A model generated the notes under the pieces. That model was not told the DNA's origin and did no database searches. It saw only the letters and a program-made list of their open reading frames with translations. 64,000 nt of DNA from Octopus vulgaris (lineage: Eukaryota). Within the stretch, counting starts at the first letter, position 1; each line of letters starts with the position of its first letter. Of this stretch, positions 1 to 12,655 are shown piece by piece. The stretch lies in assembly GCA_951406725.2 (NCBI GenBank), contig OX597815.1, forward strand, positions 202,864,001 to 202,928,000, given 5' to 3'. The position numbers were made by a program, and so were the translations under genes.

Positions 1-1185
1 ATTTTGTATCGGATTCAAATCCAAGTCTCTGCGGAGGCCTCTCAATAACCACCAAATTATTGCGCTCAAAATATTTTAAAACTTTCTTAGTCTTATGAAA
101 AAGGCAATTGTTTTGCTGGAAAATAGATCCCGGTGGCATCTGATTATTTAAATATGGCAGCAGAGTTTCATTTCATAACTGCAGATAGCCTACATTGTTC
201 ACTCTGCCATCGACCGTAACAATTGGACCCGTACCTAAGCTGCTGAACGCGGCCCACGGTATAACCCCTCACCTCCCGCTTGCGCTGCTTTCTTGACACT
301 TAGGATGGAATTATTCAGTTGGACGGCGCCTAACATAAGTCTTTCCGTCTAATCCAAAGATGCAGAAGTGGGATTCGTCGCTCCAAAGTACTTTTGACCA
401 GTCTTCGGTTGCTCATTCAATATGGGCTTTTATCCAACTTGATCCGCTTCCACCGGTTCGTCTCAGAAATTATCGGGTTCTCTCGAGTGATACGGTTGAA
501 CAGTCCAAATTCTTTTAGGCAGTTTCTGACAGTTTGTGGTGTAAAGCTGATGTCAGTTTCATAAGATAATTGCTTGCAAATGTCCACTGCTGTTATCATT
601 CGGTTACCCACAAAGAGTCTATGAATTCGCTGATCCATCTGTACTGTTGTTTTTCTCGGAGCGCCTGTTCTTTGCTGATCTTTGTATTGGCCAGTGACTT
701 GCTAAAGCTTCCGTGCTTGAACACAAGGCGTTTTGCTGTATCCTAATTGCTTGTTCATGAAGGACACATTTTGCTGATGAAGCAATGCGATCTTTGATCT
801 AGTTACTGGGCTGATATCAGACGCTTTCTCATAGCGAATTAATGTGTAAATGCTCGATTATTAAATAAAACAGTGAAGTACGACCAGCCATATGACCAGA
901 CATTTGGTTTATAAATTTGCATAATTTTGGTATGGTCTTAAACTAATTTTGCCGACAATTTCTAATCATTTGAATTAATTGCGCATTAAAATCATTTGAA
1001 TTGCAAAAAGATGTATAACGCCTTTATCATTCGAAAGAGAAAAAATTCTACATAAACCGTCAAAAGAAAATAATTTTATACAGTTTTGTTCAAAATATAT
1101 TAATGGGGGAATCGAAATGTCATCATCGGTCTTAAACATATTTCGACCAGAGTAGCTCGAAAGCACAAATTACTTTGCCATATTA
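1..1185 (-). mobile_element. Degenerate Tc1-family DNA transposon (transposase pseudogene), running off the left edge of the window
   Basis: The minus strand encodes an HTH-like segment (TPQTVRNCLKEFGL, ORF 417-638) followed by WSKVLWSDESHF (about 365-400), the first catalytic Asp motif of Tc1 transposases. Frameshifts and stops are present. A possible ATG lies near 831 and a TIR-like end near 1160-1185. Confidence 0.85.
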
Positions 1186-1529
1186 TATACAGTGTACACA
1201 AATCTTCATTTATTTGTAATTAACAATATTTGATGAAGTCGTTTATATAATTTTTTTCTTTTTGTGTTAAGTCGTTTCTTATTTTGCTGCTCATTTTCAC
1301 GTTGAAGTATATTATATGCTACAGAAAATACATGCAACGTACCCATTGAAGAGTTGCAAAGGCACGCTACACATTGGAATACTAACTTTTTATGATGAGT
1401 TTTATTTACTTTTGTTGATAGAACTCTTTGTTCGACATGCTTTACCTTCGTATAACTTTGCGTCCTTCTGTTCATGCATTTGTACAAATATTATGTATGA
1501 CTTCATTATATACAACTCTACGTACTCAC

Positions 1530-1530
1530 A

Positions 1531-1593
<63 letters not shown>

Positions 1594-1678
1594 ACACACT
1601 CACACACATACACACATACACACACACACACATATATATAACTTTTCATATGAGTATATATATATACTCATATATACT
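1530..1678. repeat. (CA)n/(TA)n microsatellite
   Basis: Direct reading; it explains the THTH/VCVC ORFs. Confidence 0.97.
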
Positions 1679-1682
1679 CTTT

Positions 1683-3817
1683 GAAAATCAAAGAGCTGTG
1701 GAGGAACAATGGGTAATCAAAAACATCAAACAGAACCCAAAAGTGTTCTATTCTTATGCAAATAAGCATAGAACCACTGTCTCACCCATTGGGCCATTGA
1801 TTGATGATAACGGCATTCCCCAACACAATGCTAAAGAAATGGCAGAAATACTGCGGAAACAATACTGCTCTGTCTTTAGTGTTCCCACTGATATTGACGT
1901 AAGGGAAACGAACGAAGTTGACTCCCAACACAAAATCTCAGACATAACCTTCAGTGCCACCGACATCGTAGCAGCAATAAATGAGGTCAAACATTACTCT
2001 GCTGTAGGCCCTGATAGATTTCCCGCTAGTCTCCTGAAGGAATGTAGATATCAACTTGCAATCCCTCTGACCAACCTCTGGAGAAATTCGTTAGACGCAG
2101 GTTATATACCGAAACAGTTTCTATCCCAGTCGGTCATCCCGGTTTTCAAACAGGGAAACAGATCCCTCGCAGTCAACTATCGCCCAATCTCACTCACCTC
2201 CCATATCATTAAAGTGTTTGAAAGAATGTTAAGATCAAGGATAGCTGACTTCCTGGAGACCCACAAACTCCTAAATTCAAATCAGCATGGCTTTCGCTGT
2301 GGCAGGGACTGTCTAACACAGCTCTTACACCACATTGAAGATGTACTCAAAGCCTTGGGAACAGGTTCGAACTCTGACGTCATATATCTTGACTTCAGTA
2401 AAGCGTTCGACAGAGTAGACCATAACATCCTACTCTCAAAATTGGCAAATGTTGGAATCCGCGGAAAAGTTCTACACTGGATTAAGTATTTCCTGGCGAA
2501 TAGAACACAACATGTTGTAGTTGATGGAGTCCACTCAAACCCAGCAAACGTCACCAGCGGTGTTCCCCAGGGATTAGACAAAAAGAGACGACAAAGTCAA
2601 GGCCGTGAGGAGTTTTCAGGACATTTATAAGGAAAGAGATACATAATTTTACAGCTGTTTCTGGGAAATTCATTATTTCGAACTTAAACATTTACTTCTA
2701 TTTAACCATCTCAGGGGACTGTCTTGGGTCCGCTACTCTTCATAATGTACATAAACGACCTTTCCAGTGTCGTACATTACTGCAAAGTGAAAATATTCGC
2801 TGATGACACTAAGCTCCAGCAAATCGTCAATGAAGAAGCAGACCGAACTCAACTCCAGTCTGATCTATATGCTGTGAGTCAATGGGCAGACAGAAACAAA
2901 ATGCAACTGAATGAGGGAAAATTTGAGCTGATGCATTTTGGAAGAAATTCCTCACTAAAACAACCATACTCTCTTCCTTCAGGGGAACCGCTCACAGCCT
3001 CTAACAATATCAGAGACCTGGGTGTAATTGTTGATGACGATCTCAGTTGGAGTGCACACATCAACAAGAAGGTCGATATAGCTCGTAGGATGAGTTCCTG
3101 GATCTTAAGAACTTTCCGGTCCAGAGAACAAGGTGTCATCATACCACTTTTTTCCTCCTTTGTACAGCCACACCTTGAATACTGCTGCCCACTGTGGTCT
3201 CCTCACACAAGACAAAACATCTCCAGAATTGAGTCACCCCAGAGGGCTCTCACTAAACAAATTGAAGGCATGGCTGCTCTCGATTATTGGGATCGCCTTA
3301 AAGCCTTGAAACTTTACTCCCTCCAGCGTCGCCGTGAGCGGTACATCATTTGTACGATGTGGAAAATATACCGCCAACTTTGCCCGAACGACCTAAACAT
3401 TAGCTTCAAGGTTCATCCAAGACTTGGACCACGGGCTATACATCCCCTGCCCAATTCAAGATCACAACATACATGTACACTGCAACATAATTTATTTTCC
3501 TCAACAGGCCCTGCCCTATTTAAAATTGTCCCGAGGGAGATCAAAGAGGAAAAGGATCCCATCAACTTTAAACAGAGTCTGGATAGATTCCTTCAAAGAA
3601 TACCAGATAAGCCACCCATAATTGGATACAACTCACCCAGCAAGAACTCACTACTTGAACAAAACTGGATACAACTCACCCAACAAGAACTCACTACTTG
3701 AACAAAACTTGACTTAAACAAAACTTGACTTAAACAGGATTCGAATAATCCTATCAGGTGGTGCTATTAAGTTAGACATGGCCTGGACCAATCTTTGGTC
3801 GAAACATATCTAAGTTT
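1683..3817 (+). mobile_element. 5'-truncated CR1-type LINE (RT domain, C-terminus and 3' UTR), interrupted by a 144-bp insertion
   Basis: RT motifs NYRPISLTS, QHGFR, YLDFSKAFDRVDH, GVPQG/TVLGPLLF and FADDTK are present, plus the CR1-type tail LEYCCPLWSPH...LYSLQRRRERY. ORFs 1428-2630 and 2724-3701 share a frame. The element ends in (TA)n. Confidence 0.93.
2573..2711 (-). mobile_element. Short PLE pLTR-like fragment inserted in the LINE RT
   Basis: Flanked by a duplicated CAGGG (2568-72, 2712-16). Near-identical to the reverse complement of 12177-12314. Carries the HHR 3' half CCCAGAAACAGCTGTA on the minus strand. Confidence 0.8.
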
Positions 3818-4698
3818 ATATATATATATATATATATATATGAAAAGTTATATAAGTGAAATAACAACTGACAATTAGCTTAGAAACTATTTTTTAAATC
3901 GTGAACATTTTTTTTATAAACCAGAATGCATAATTCCAATTAAAAAGCTTTTATCATAATATTGTGTGAGAGCTGTTTTGCAATCATAATTTAATTTTTG
4001 TAACATTCATTTTCGTTTTTGTGACGAGTACTTAAATCACATACATATATATGTATATATATTTCAATAAAAGAAATATAACAAAAAGAAAAGACATTCA
4101 TAGCTTGGTAGACTCTCCTGAACAAATGTGACATATAAGATATATGTTATTCTTGTTCCTTTTGAAGATTTGCTTGAAATTTATGAGCAGGGATGAAATT
4201 GTCGGGACAATTGAGAAGGAAAGACTGGACGTAGTTACTATTGTAGTGATTCGTGAATTGGACATCATGAGTGATAAGAGAAAAAGAGTTAAATGAGAAT
4301 GTATAAGCGTCACAGAAGAGAACGGCTCATTCAAGTAGTGGTAGAAAGTAGGAAGAGGATGCGTTTCACCAGTAAACCAAAGGTTGGAACGTATCTGAGA
4401 TTTACTTTAGGTAGTTAGCGCTTTTATGGATATGGTCTAGGATATCTCGGTTTGTAGCAGCTGTACCATCCAGGTGTCAGATCTTACTCTACTGCAGGCC
4501 TCGCCTGAGCATTGTGTAGTATCAATAGCTATTTTGATCTGATGCATCCCCCTGTGTTTGCATGATTCTAAGAATGTGAACAATATGTGTATATGTGTGG
4601 ATGTGTTTGTGCTTGAGAATATATATACGTATATGTAAATGGGGTGAACTACATCCATCTATATAAAATTAAGAACATCTGAGCTATGTAAACCTCCG

Positions 4699-5029
4699 GT
4701 TTTCTTCATACCATACTTTGTATGAGAGACACAAACACCAACAACCAATATATTAAAGATCAGAATGGACAGAAAATAATGCTACGGGTAGATGAAAATG
4801 CTATTTGGAAACCTCCGAATTCAACACCACACCATGTTTTGTGTATTGTCTTGGCTGTTTGTGACTGATAGGTGATCTCACCTATTTCCATTAGAATAGA
4901 AACTCAGCGAAAAAAAAAGTTTTCTTCATACCATACTTTGTATGAGAGACACAAACACCAACAACCAATATATTAAAGATCAGAATGGACAGAAAATAAT
5001 GCTACGGGTAGATGAAAATGCTATTTGGA
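4699..5029. repeat. Exact 111-bp direct duplication (4699-4809 and 4919-5029)
   Basis: The two copies read identically. The first is flanked by a repeated AACCTCCG (4691-98, 4810-17). Confidence 0.92.
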
Positions 5030-6458
5030 GTGGAAAGATTCAAGGTGCATATTGTAAATGATAACCAATTAGAAATTTGACTCTATGAAATACAGACATA
5101 AACAAAAATGTATATGAGAAATCGTGCCAGAAAATGAGTTGAGGCCAGCTTAAAAAGAAGAAATTAATTATGAACATTCATATCATGTTGGTTAATTAAA
5201 CATTGATAAATAGACCGAAAACTGACTAAAGCATAGAAATCAATAATATATACTGATCACAACTAAAATCAAACATTAGGGCCTAATGTCTTATATGAAT
5301 TATACTTAAATATAAAAGTGATTTTTTTTCCGAAGTTAATAGGAATGAGCTCTCTATTTCTCCAAGTAAAATGCTGAATTAAAAACATTCTCAACTGGAT
5401 AGATAATGTAGGAACAAGAGGTGACAGAATAACAAGAAAAATAATGAATGTGTTTAGAATATACCATACAAAATTCGTGAGATAAAATAATTGTGTTTTG
5501 TACGAATTCAGGAAGATAGTTGCCTAAGGTAACTAGGAAACTAATATTAATTCTAGAACTACAAATGACGTGTAACGAAGTCAAAACTGCTACGATTAGT
5601 TATCAAACACGAGCAAAACAAAACGAAAACGTGTTTACTGCATTCAGGTAATCAAAAACAGCACAAAAATGACTGATAAGCAAGAGAGAACTGAAGTTAA
5701 TCAAAAACGCCAAAAGTAGGCTTGCAATGGTGATACATTTATGCGAACTTACAACGATTGTTTGAAAGGCTGAAAAAGTATTACAGCACCGAATACATTG
5801 CTTTGGGTTAATCAGTCTCTTCCTCTATGTTCAAGGTCAGCAATGACGCAAATTATATTGTTGTCAATAATGTTTTCAGTTTATTTAGGATCGCTCCCTT
5901 TCTCTCTATATTTTTGTCTTTCATTCAGTTTCCGGCTGAAATCGCCTGTAGGACAGGCCTAGAGTGAGATGGGCTCAATCAGGTTCAAAACTACCCAAGA
6001 CACACCGGATGACACAATGTTATTCTCTATGACACCGTTATGGATTTAAGGCGCAAGATAGAGTTACACGTGAAAAATACATAAAATAGTGCACAGGGGT
6101 TAAGAGGAAGATTTCGACCTAAAGGCGAAGTGTCCTCAATTGCAGTAGATCTTCAAAGATTTACTATAATCTGTACGTAGAGCAGTAGATTAGATCATGT
6201 AAACGCTGAATGTACGGTGTGTCGAAAAATTAACCATATTGGTATTGGCTCCACAGTCTCACGCAACCAACAAACAATGCATGTACAAGCATTAAAGAGT
6301 GAGATGGATGTTCATTTACTGGGGACTATGCTAGTATTATCAATTAAGGTCGTGCGCTGTTTATTATATAAATACAGCGCACACAGATATGTGCCTCTGA
6401 TGTACCCTTATCAGAGAAAATACTCTGGGTTTCGTATATGCTAAACGACATAAACTGA

Positions 6459-6518
<60 letters not shown>

Positions 6519-6538
6519 GATGATGATGATGATGAAGT

Positions 6539-6578
<40 letters not shown>
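6459..6578. repeat. (ATT)n then (GAT)n microsatellite
   Basis: Direct reading. Confidence 0.97.
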
Positions 6579-7136
6579 AAATGCCCTGATGCAGTACCAG
6601 ACAGTGGCTGTCATGGCTCCTGATCTTAACTGATTGGAAGTGTTATCATGTACATTGTTTTGTCTTGGTATAAAAGATGGGATACAGCAAATATTCTGCT
6701 CAATACCACAGGTTTGCTTGTCAGTTGTTTGATCTTAACCAGTTGAGCATACCTGGTAGAGGCTGACGATATGTGCATATCTGATCAGGAGCAGAGGTAG
6801 TGGTGGAGCATCATAGCAGTGTGTTCAAAGGAATTCTTAGAGTTTGGATAATTCACGTTTGGAAACACGGGTGGTTCGTTCAACATCCTTAAACAATCCT
6901 TATTCAGGGACCTTTTGAGCGGGATTTGCCACTCGACCAGAAGAAAATTCTAACTGGGCTTCGCCTGCAAGGTCGTGCGCTGTTTATCTTGATATGAAAT
7001 CACCATGTCGCGCACACATGGTTGTGATGCATGTGCCTGGTGTACCCTTATCAGAGTGGTAGTCATGATGGGTATACTGGGTTTCGTATATTTGTACCCC
7101 AGTGTCACTTTGATGGCATGCACTGATTTCTCATTC
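6579..7136 (+). mobile_element. 558-bp non-autonomous interspersed element associated with (AAT)n tracts, copy 1
   Basis: Homologous to 8037-8594 (+), 35501-36058 (-) and 36089-36646 (-). Every copy is bounded by AAT/GAT repeats. Confidence 0.88.
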
Positions 7137-7150
7137 AATAATAATAATGA

Positions 7151-7226
<76 letters not shown>

Positions 7227-7229
7227 GAC

Positions 7230-7260
<31 letters not shown>

Positions 7261-7264
<4 letters not shown>

Positions 7265-7895
7265 CAGAGTTGGCCAATATCTACACTGGCTAATAAGTCG
7301 GCATTACAATATCAAAACTGCCGACAAGTGGTATAATCACCACCCTGAGGCTGTAACTGAAGGAGAAAATGTAACCATTCTGTGGGACTTTCCAGTACAT
7401 ACAGACCGAACCATCAAGGCCAATAAACCATATATTGTTGTGAAAGACCAAAACAATAAAGTTTGCTTATTGATCGACATGAGCATCCCCTGTGATCATA
7501 ATATCTCAGCGAAAGAGTTTGACAAGCTCAGAAAATATAAAGACCTACTCATTGAAATTGAGAAAATGTGGCATCTCAAGGCGGTTACAATACCAGTGAT
7601 CGTAGGAGCACTAGGAATGATCAAGAAAGGAACCGAAAATTATATGAGAATGATCCCTGGCTTACCATCCCTGCAAGAAGTGCAAAAGATTGTCTTAACT
7701 GGTACATCACACGTATTGAGAAGAGCATTGTCGATGTAAGAACTGTTGCTGCTCATGTATTTTAATTTAACTTAAAAAAAAAATTAACGAAGTATTGAGT
7801 TTGGTTTAATGGCCTACCAATGTATACTATGAGTTTCTTTGCCCTAGGAGTCGGGAAGACACTCGGCAAGAAATGGAAGCAAATTTGAAAGAAGA
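7261..7895 (+). mobile_element. 5'-truncated R4/Dong-like non-LTR retrotransposon 3' end (restriction-like endonuclease domain)
   Basis: Translates to DRVGQYLHW...ILWDFPVHTDRTIKANKP(Y)IVV...CLLIDMSIP...KEFDKLRKYKDL...IPVIVGALG, an RLE domain with the PD motif changed to PY. It sits between (TAA)n tracts, the known target of Dong elements. Confidence 0.88.
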
Positions 7896-7916
7896 AAATA
7901 AAAAAAAAAAAAAAAA

Positions 7917-7981
<65 letters not shown>

Positions 7982-8036
7982 TAGTAATAATAATAAAAGT
8001 AATAATAATAATAATGATGATGATAATGATAATAAT

Positions 8037-8594
8037 AAATGCCCTGATGCAGTACCAGACAGTGGCTGTCATGGCTCCTGATCTTAACTGATTGGAAGTG
8101 TTATCACGTACATTGTTTTGTCTTGGTATAAAAGATGGGATACAGCAAATATTCTGCTCAATACCACAGGTTTGCTTGTCAGTTGTTTGATCTTAACCAG
8201 TTGAGCATACCTGGTAGAGGCTGAAAATATGTGCATCTCTGATCAGGAGCAGAGGTAGTGGTGGAGCATCATAGCAGTGTGTTCAAAGGAATTCTTAGAG
8301 TTTGGATAATTCACGTTTGGAAACACGGGTGGTTCGTTCAACGTCCTTAAACAATCCTTATTCAGGGACCTTTTGAGCGGGATTTTCCACTCGACCAGAA
8401 GAAAATTCTAACTGGGCTTCGCCTGCAAGGTCGTGCGCTGTTTATCTTGATATGAAATCACCATGTCGCGCACACATGGTTGTGATGCATGTGCCTGGTG
8501 TACCCTTATCAGAGTGGTAGTCATGATGGGTATACTGGGTTTCGTATATTTGTACCCCAGTGTCACTTTGATGGCATGCACTGATTTCTCATTC
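8037..8594 (+). mobile_element. 558-bp (AAT)n-associated element, copy 2
   Basis: About 6 differences from copy 1; followed by (AAT)n to about 8705. Confidence 0.88.
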
Positions 8595-8614
8595 AATAAT
8601 AATAATGATAATAA

Positions 8615-8707
<93 letters not shown>

Positions 8708-8920
8708 TCCTTTTTACTATAGGCACAAGGCCTGAAATTTTTGGTGCGTGACAAGTCGTATACATCGATCCCAGTGCTAAACTAGTATTTATTTTATCTA
8801 ACTTGAAAGGGAGAAAGATAAAGTCGATCACAGCGAAATTTCACCCCAGAAAACAAAGTCGAAAGAAATGCTGCTAAGCATTTTGTCTGGCATTCTAACG
8901 ATCCTGTTTGCATGCAGCCT
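8708..8920 (-). mobile_element. tRNA-derived SINE (family B), degenerate
   Basis: The reverse complement matches the GACTTTGCCTTTCATCC...GATAAAATAAGTACC core seen at 15312, 17746 and 57961. Confidence 0.7.
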
Positions 8921-11628
8921 TTACTTTCAATACTTGGGGAAAGTCATCAACGTTTAGTGAAACGAGAAAATCAATAATATTGATACTGATACTTGATTGA
9001 TACTTATTTTATCGACCCCCATGGGTAAAAGGCAAAGTCGGCCTCAGCAGAATTTGGACTCGAAATATAATGATTAGCAACAAATACCACGAATCATTAT
9101 CTCCAACGAAGTATGATTGCTAGAGAGTTCTATGTAATTATATCCAATCAAATGGCGAACTGATAATTTATTTCTTTGACTAAGGGGGATTAGAAAACTT
9201 ACAGAGTTAAACTCTGTAAGTTTTAAATTCACATACATGTAAAGAACCGAAACACGCAGCATAAGACATTATTTGTGTAGTGAGCGAATCATCACTGTTA
9301 CAATAATAACGCTAACAATTTTCGGGGGATGGGATTTACTGATACTATTGACACTAGGTCTCGACTGGTACCTAAATCTATCGGCGACAGAAGGATGAAA
9401 GGCAAAAATGATAAAGGTAGGATTTGAAATCAGAACGTAAAGAGCCGGAAGAGGAAAAACCGCAAATCTATTCCACGTAGACTATTTTGGTAGTGAAGCA
9501 ACGTTGGAATACTACTAGTTCTGCCGATAATTGAATACTGTTTGGCGATCATAGTTTTATGTGCAATATTCAAAATGGCTGACAAATGTTTTCCATAGAA
9601 TCAGAATGATTTCACGCTCTCCCTCAGAAACCTCTACACCACCCACCCAGCCTTTTGTTATTCATTAATATTTCAGTAATTTGAACATAAAAATTATGCA
9701 CCAGTTTTAATACACACACAGAGACACACACACATCTATACAAGTCAAGCAGTTTCAGTATTTCAGCTACAGCAATCCAAATCATTTGTATCTGTTAATG
9801 GTATGTCAGTGGGCCGACAGCAAAGTGTTTAAAATTTTCCATCATTAATTTTTTTATGGATTGAGATATTTTTATCATTATCAATACAGCGATTGCAAGA
9901 GTCTGCCTGTATATTTGAGACCATGTCTAGCATACCTTCTATAAAGAACATTGTTATTTGAGAGATCCAGTGAAAATCAGCGTTTTCTCTGAAAGAGCAT
10001 AGTTCTTGCACCTGTCTGACGTTTGTCGCAAATATCAGCTAAAGTCCAAATTTCTCAGCAATGCTCAGATACTTTGCGACACAGCATGCAGTAGTGATCT
10101 TTTTCAAAATGCTTCTCCCTCAATACGCCACTATCTGCACAAGAAACCACTATCTTAATAAGTGGCCACGTCAACAAGGTGTGACTATAATTCTTTTCTC
10201 TTCGATACGTAAAAACGAAGGTTTTAAAATGTTAATAAACGAAAGAGCTCTATTATTTTCAAATATGAAATACGTTTAATATGTACAAATTCGAACAATT
10301 TTGCAGTTAAATGGTAGAAGTGAAAAACAGCATTAATAATTGCAAAAGGAATAATAAAAGCAGAAAATGATTCAAATAATGATTTCCTCCTAAACTTGTT
10401 CAGTAAAATACGAGTAAAAAATGAAATGGATGTGTCGCAAGATGGGTTCAGGAAAAGCTTATATGCTACTTCAAATTGTCGCGGGGAAATGAAACTTATG
10501 AATTATAGTAAGAATTATTGAAAGAACTACGTTATTGCTCGAAGGAAAGCTGCTTTGTAATTTAATTACAAAAATATACTAAGTCGTTATAGAATAGAAA
10601 TTTAAAGGTATAACAGGGTGCTGAAAAAATACATGTGATATGAAAAAAATACATGTTACAAGAGTAATGACTTTCTGAAATTTCAAAAGGTTTTAGAGTT
10701 CGTAAACAGTTTCAGATCGTAACAAGTATGTTTATGTGTATGACGGCAGCATAGCGTGTTTAATAATGATTAAATTTAGTGCTATGCGAATGGGATATGA
10801 TAATATAATAATATTATGCCACAGAAAATAATAAAGACGTCATGATCAAATTATCAAACAGTTAATCAGGGATTAAAGGAACTAAGTAAAGGAAATAAAG
10901 AAGTTTTGTGTTGAAGAAAACAAGAAATTACAACAAAGTAAACTAAAACAAAATAGTGAAACTCAGCCATTGGATATAATATATAAATATGATTAAACAT
11001 ATGATCTTAAATATATAAGGATATATGAAGAATGGAGATGAAATACATAAATAGTGCAATGAACTCAAATCATAGGGGATTAAGAGAAATGTAATGAAAT
11101 AATGAGGAGAGTGATTGATTAAAAATAAAGGACATAGAAAGGGAATAAAGACTGAGAACACAAGTGAACAAAAGAAATGTGCGGACGCATTCTGAAATTT
11201 CAGAAAAGGTTTTCGCTGATTAATAATCTGAGAAAGGGGAACATAGTAATTATTGTTCACCGAGTTAAAAGAGATTGATAAATTAAGCACTCCATTAATC
11301 TTCATTGAATTAGTACGTGGACTAAGGTAATGGATTCATAGATATCAAACAGAATGAACAGAACTAAAACATAGCCAAATATACGAAAAAGATGTAAAGC
11401 GTACAAATATAATATAAAATGGCAAATACTAGGAGTCAGATGATAAGAGATGGCTTTCTTGAGTTTCAGGTGAAAGGTAAACAATAGTGCGTTAGACATT
11501 GATATATTTCTCTTGGTCGAAACAATCTCTTGCTAATATGAACATTTGACTGTGCCTGATAAATATATTTAAGACCTCAACATAACAAGCTATAAATAGG
11601 ACTTAAGGACATGTGTCGTTTAAATAAA

Positions 11629-11685
<57 letters not shown>

Positions 11686-11687
<2 letters not shown>

Positions 11688-11952
11688 GAGGCGCAATGGC
11701 CAAGTGGTTAGGGCAGCGGACTCGCGGTCGCAGGATTGAGCGAAAACACCTAAAAGCTCAACGAGGCTCCGGCAGGGGGTGGTGATCCCTGCTGTACTCT
11801 TTCACCACTTTTTCTCCCACTCTATCTTCTGTTGGCCTGCTCGCTTAGCCAGCGGGGTGGCGCCATTCGAAGGCTAAAAACAATGCGAACGCATTGTGAC
11901 CAGCGATGTGTAACAACATCTGATGGTCTGGTCGGTCACGTGATCACGTGAT
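11686..11952 (+). mobile_element. tRNA(Arg)-like-headed SINE (family A) with internal deletion and RTE-like tail
   Basis: The head GGAGGCGCAATGGCCAAGTGGTTAGGGCAGCGGACTCGCGGTC contains an A box. Head and core are shared with 63187-63568; the tail is shared with 21297-21415. Confidence 0.85.
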
Positions 11953-12054
11953 ATATATATATATATATGTATATATGTATATATATATATACATATATAT
12001 ATATGCATATATGTACATATATATACATACACAGAATTGTATATATATATATAT

Positions 12055-12314
12055 TAAGTGATAACAAAGTCAAGGCTGTTAGGGGTTTTCAGAACGTTTA
12101 TGCGGAAAGAGATATAGATATAGTCTTACAACTGTTTCTGGGATATTATTGACATCTCTTCATTAGAGATGATGTGAGATGGTTAAATAGAAGTAAATGT
12201 TTAAGTTCGAAATAAGGAATTTCCCAGAAACAGCTGTAAAACTATATATCTCTTTCCCTATAAATGTCCTGAAAACTCCTCACGGCCTTGACTTTGTCGT
12301 CTCTTTTGTCTAAT
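12055..12314. mobile_element. Fold-back PLE pLTR-like repeat (two diverged inverted arms)
   Basis: 12064-12143 is an imperfect inverted repeat of 12221-12300; flanked by (TA)n. Confidence 0.75.
12124..12169 (-). ncRNA. Degenerate minimal type-I hammerhead ribozyme motif
   Basis: Minus strand reads TCT-CTAATGA-A-GAGAT...ATCCC-A-GAAA-CAGTTG-TA-AGA. The G5A core change probably inactivates it. Confidence 0.6.
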
Positions 12315-12351
12315 ATATATATATATATATATTATTATCCATTTTTGTGTA

Positions 12352-12393
<42 letters not shown>

Positions 12394-12509
12394 ACCCACA
12401 TTAAACTCCTCCCCTAATCACTATCGAGCCAAGAGTTTAACTATAGTCTGTCAATAGCATTTACTTAGCGTTACCTGCCAGTCTTTGGATCTTCTAGATG
12501 CCAATACCT

Positions 12510-12540
<31 letters not shown>

Positions 12541-12609
12541 ACAAAAGAGAGAGAGAGAGAGAGAGTGTGTGTGTATGTGAGAGAGTAGTGAATATATAAG
12601 GAGAATTGA

Positions 12610-12655
<46 letters not shown>

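Noticed and set aside
1428-1683. N-terminal HT-repeat extension of the 400-aa ORF
   Set aside because: It is translation of a (CA)n microsatellite upstream of the LINE truncation point.
6900-6975. Possible HDV-like ribozyme within the 558-bp element
   Set aside because: I could not build the nested double pseudoknot (no credible P1.1/L3).
7005-7739. 244-aa ORF with a hydrophobic N-terminus, poly-Asn and a nuclease domain
   Set aside because: It is a chance in-frame read-through of the 558-bp element, an (AAT)n tract and a truncated Dong-like fragment whose PD motif is mutated.
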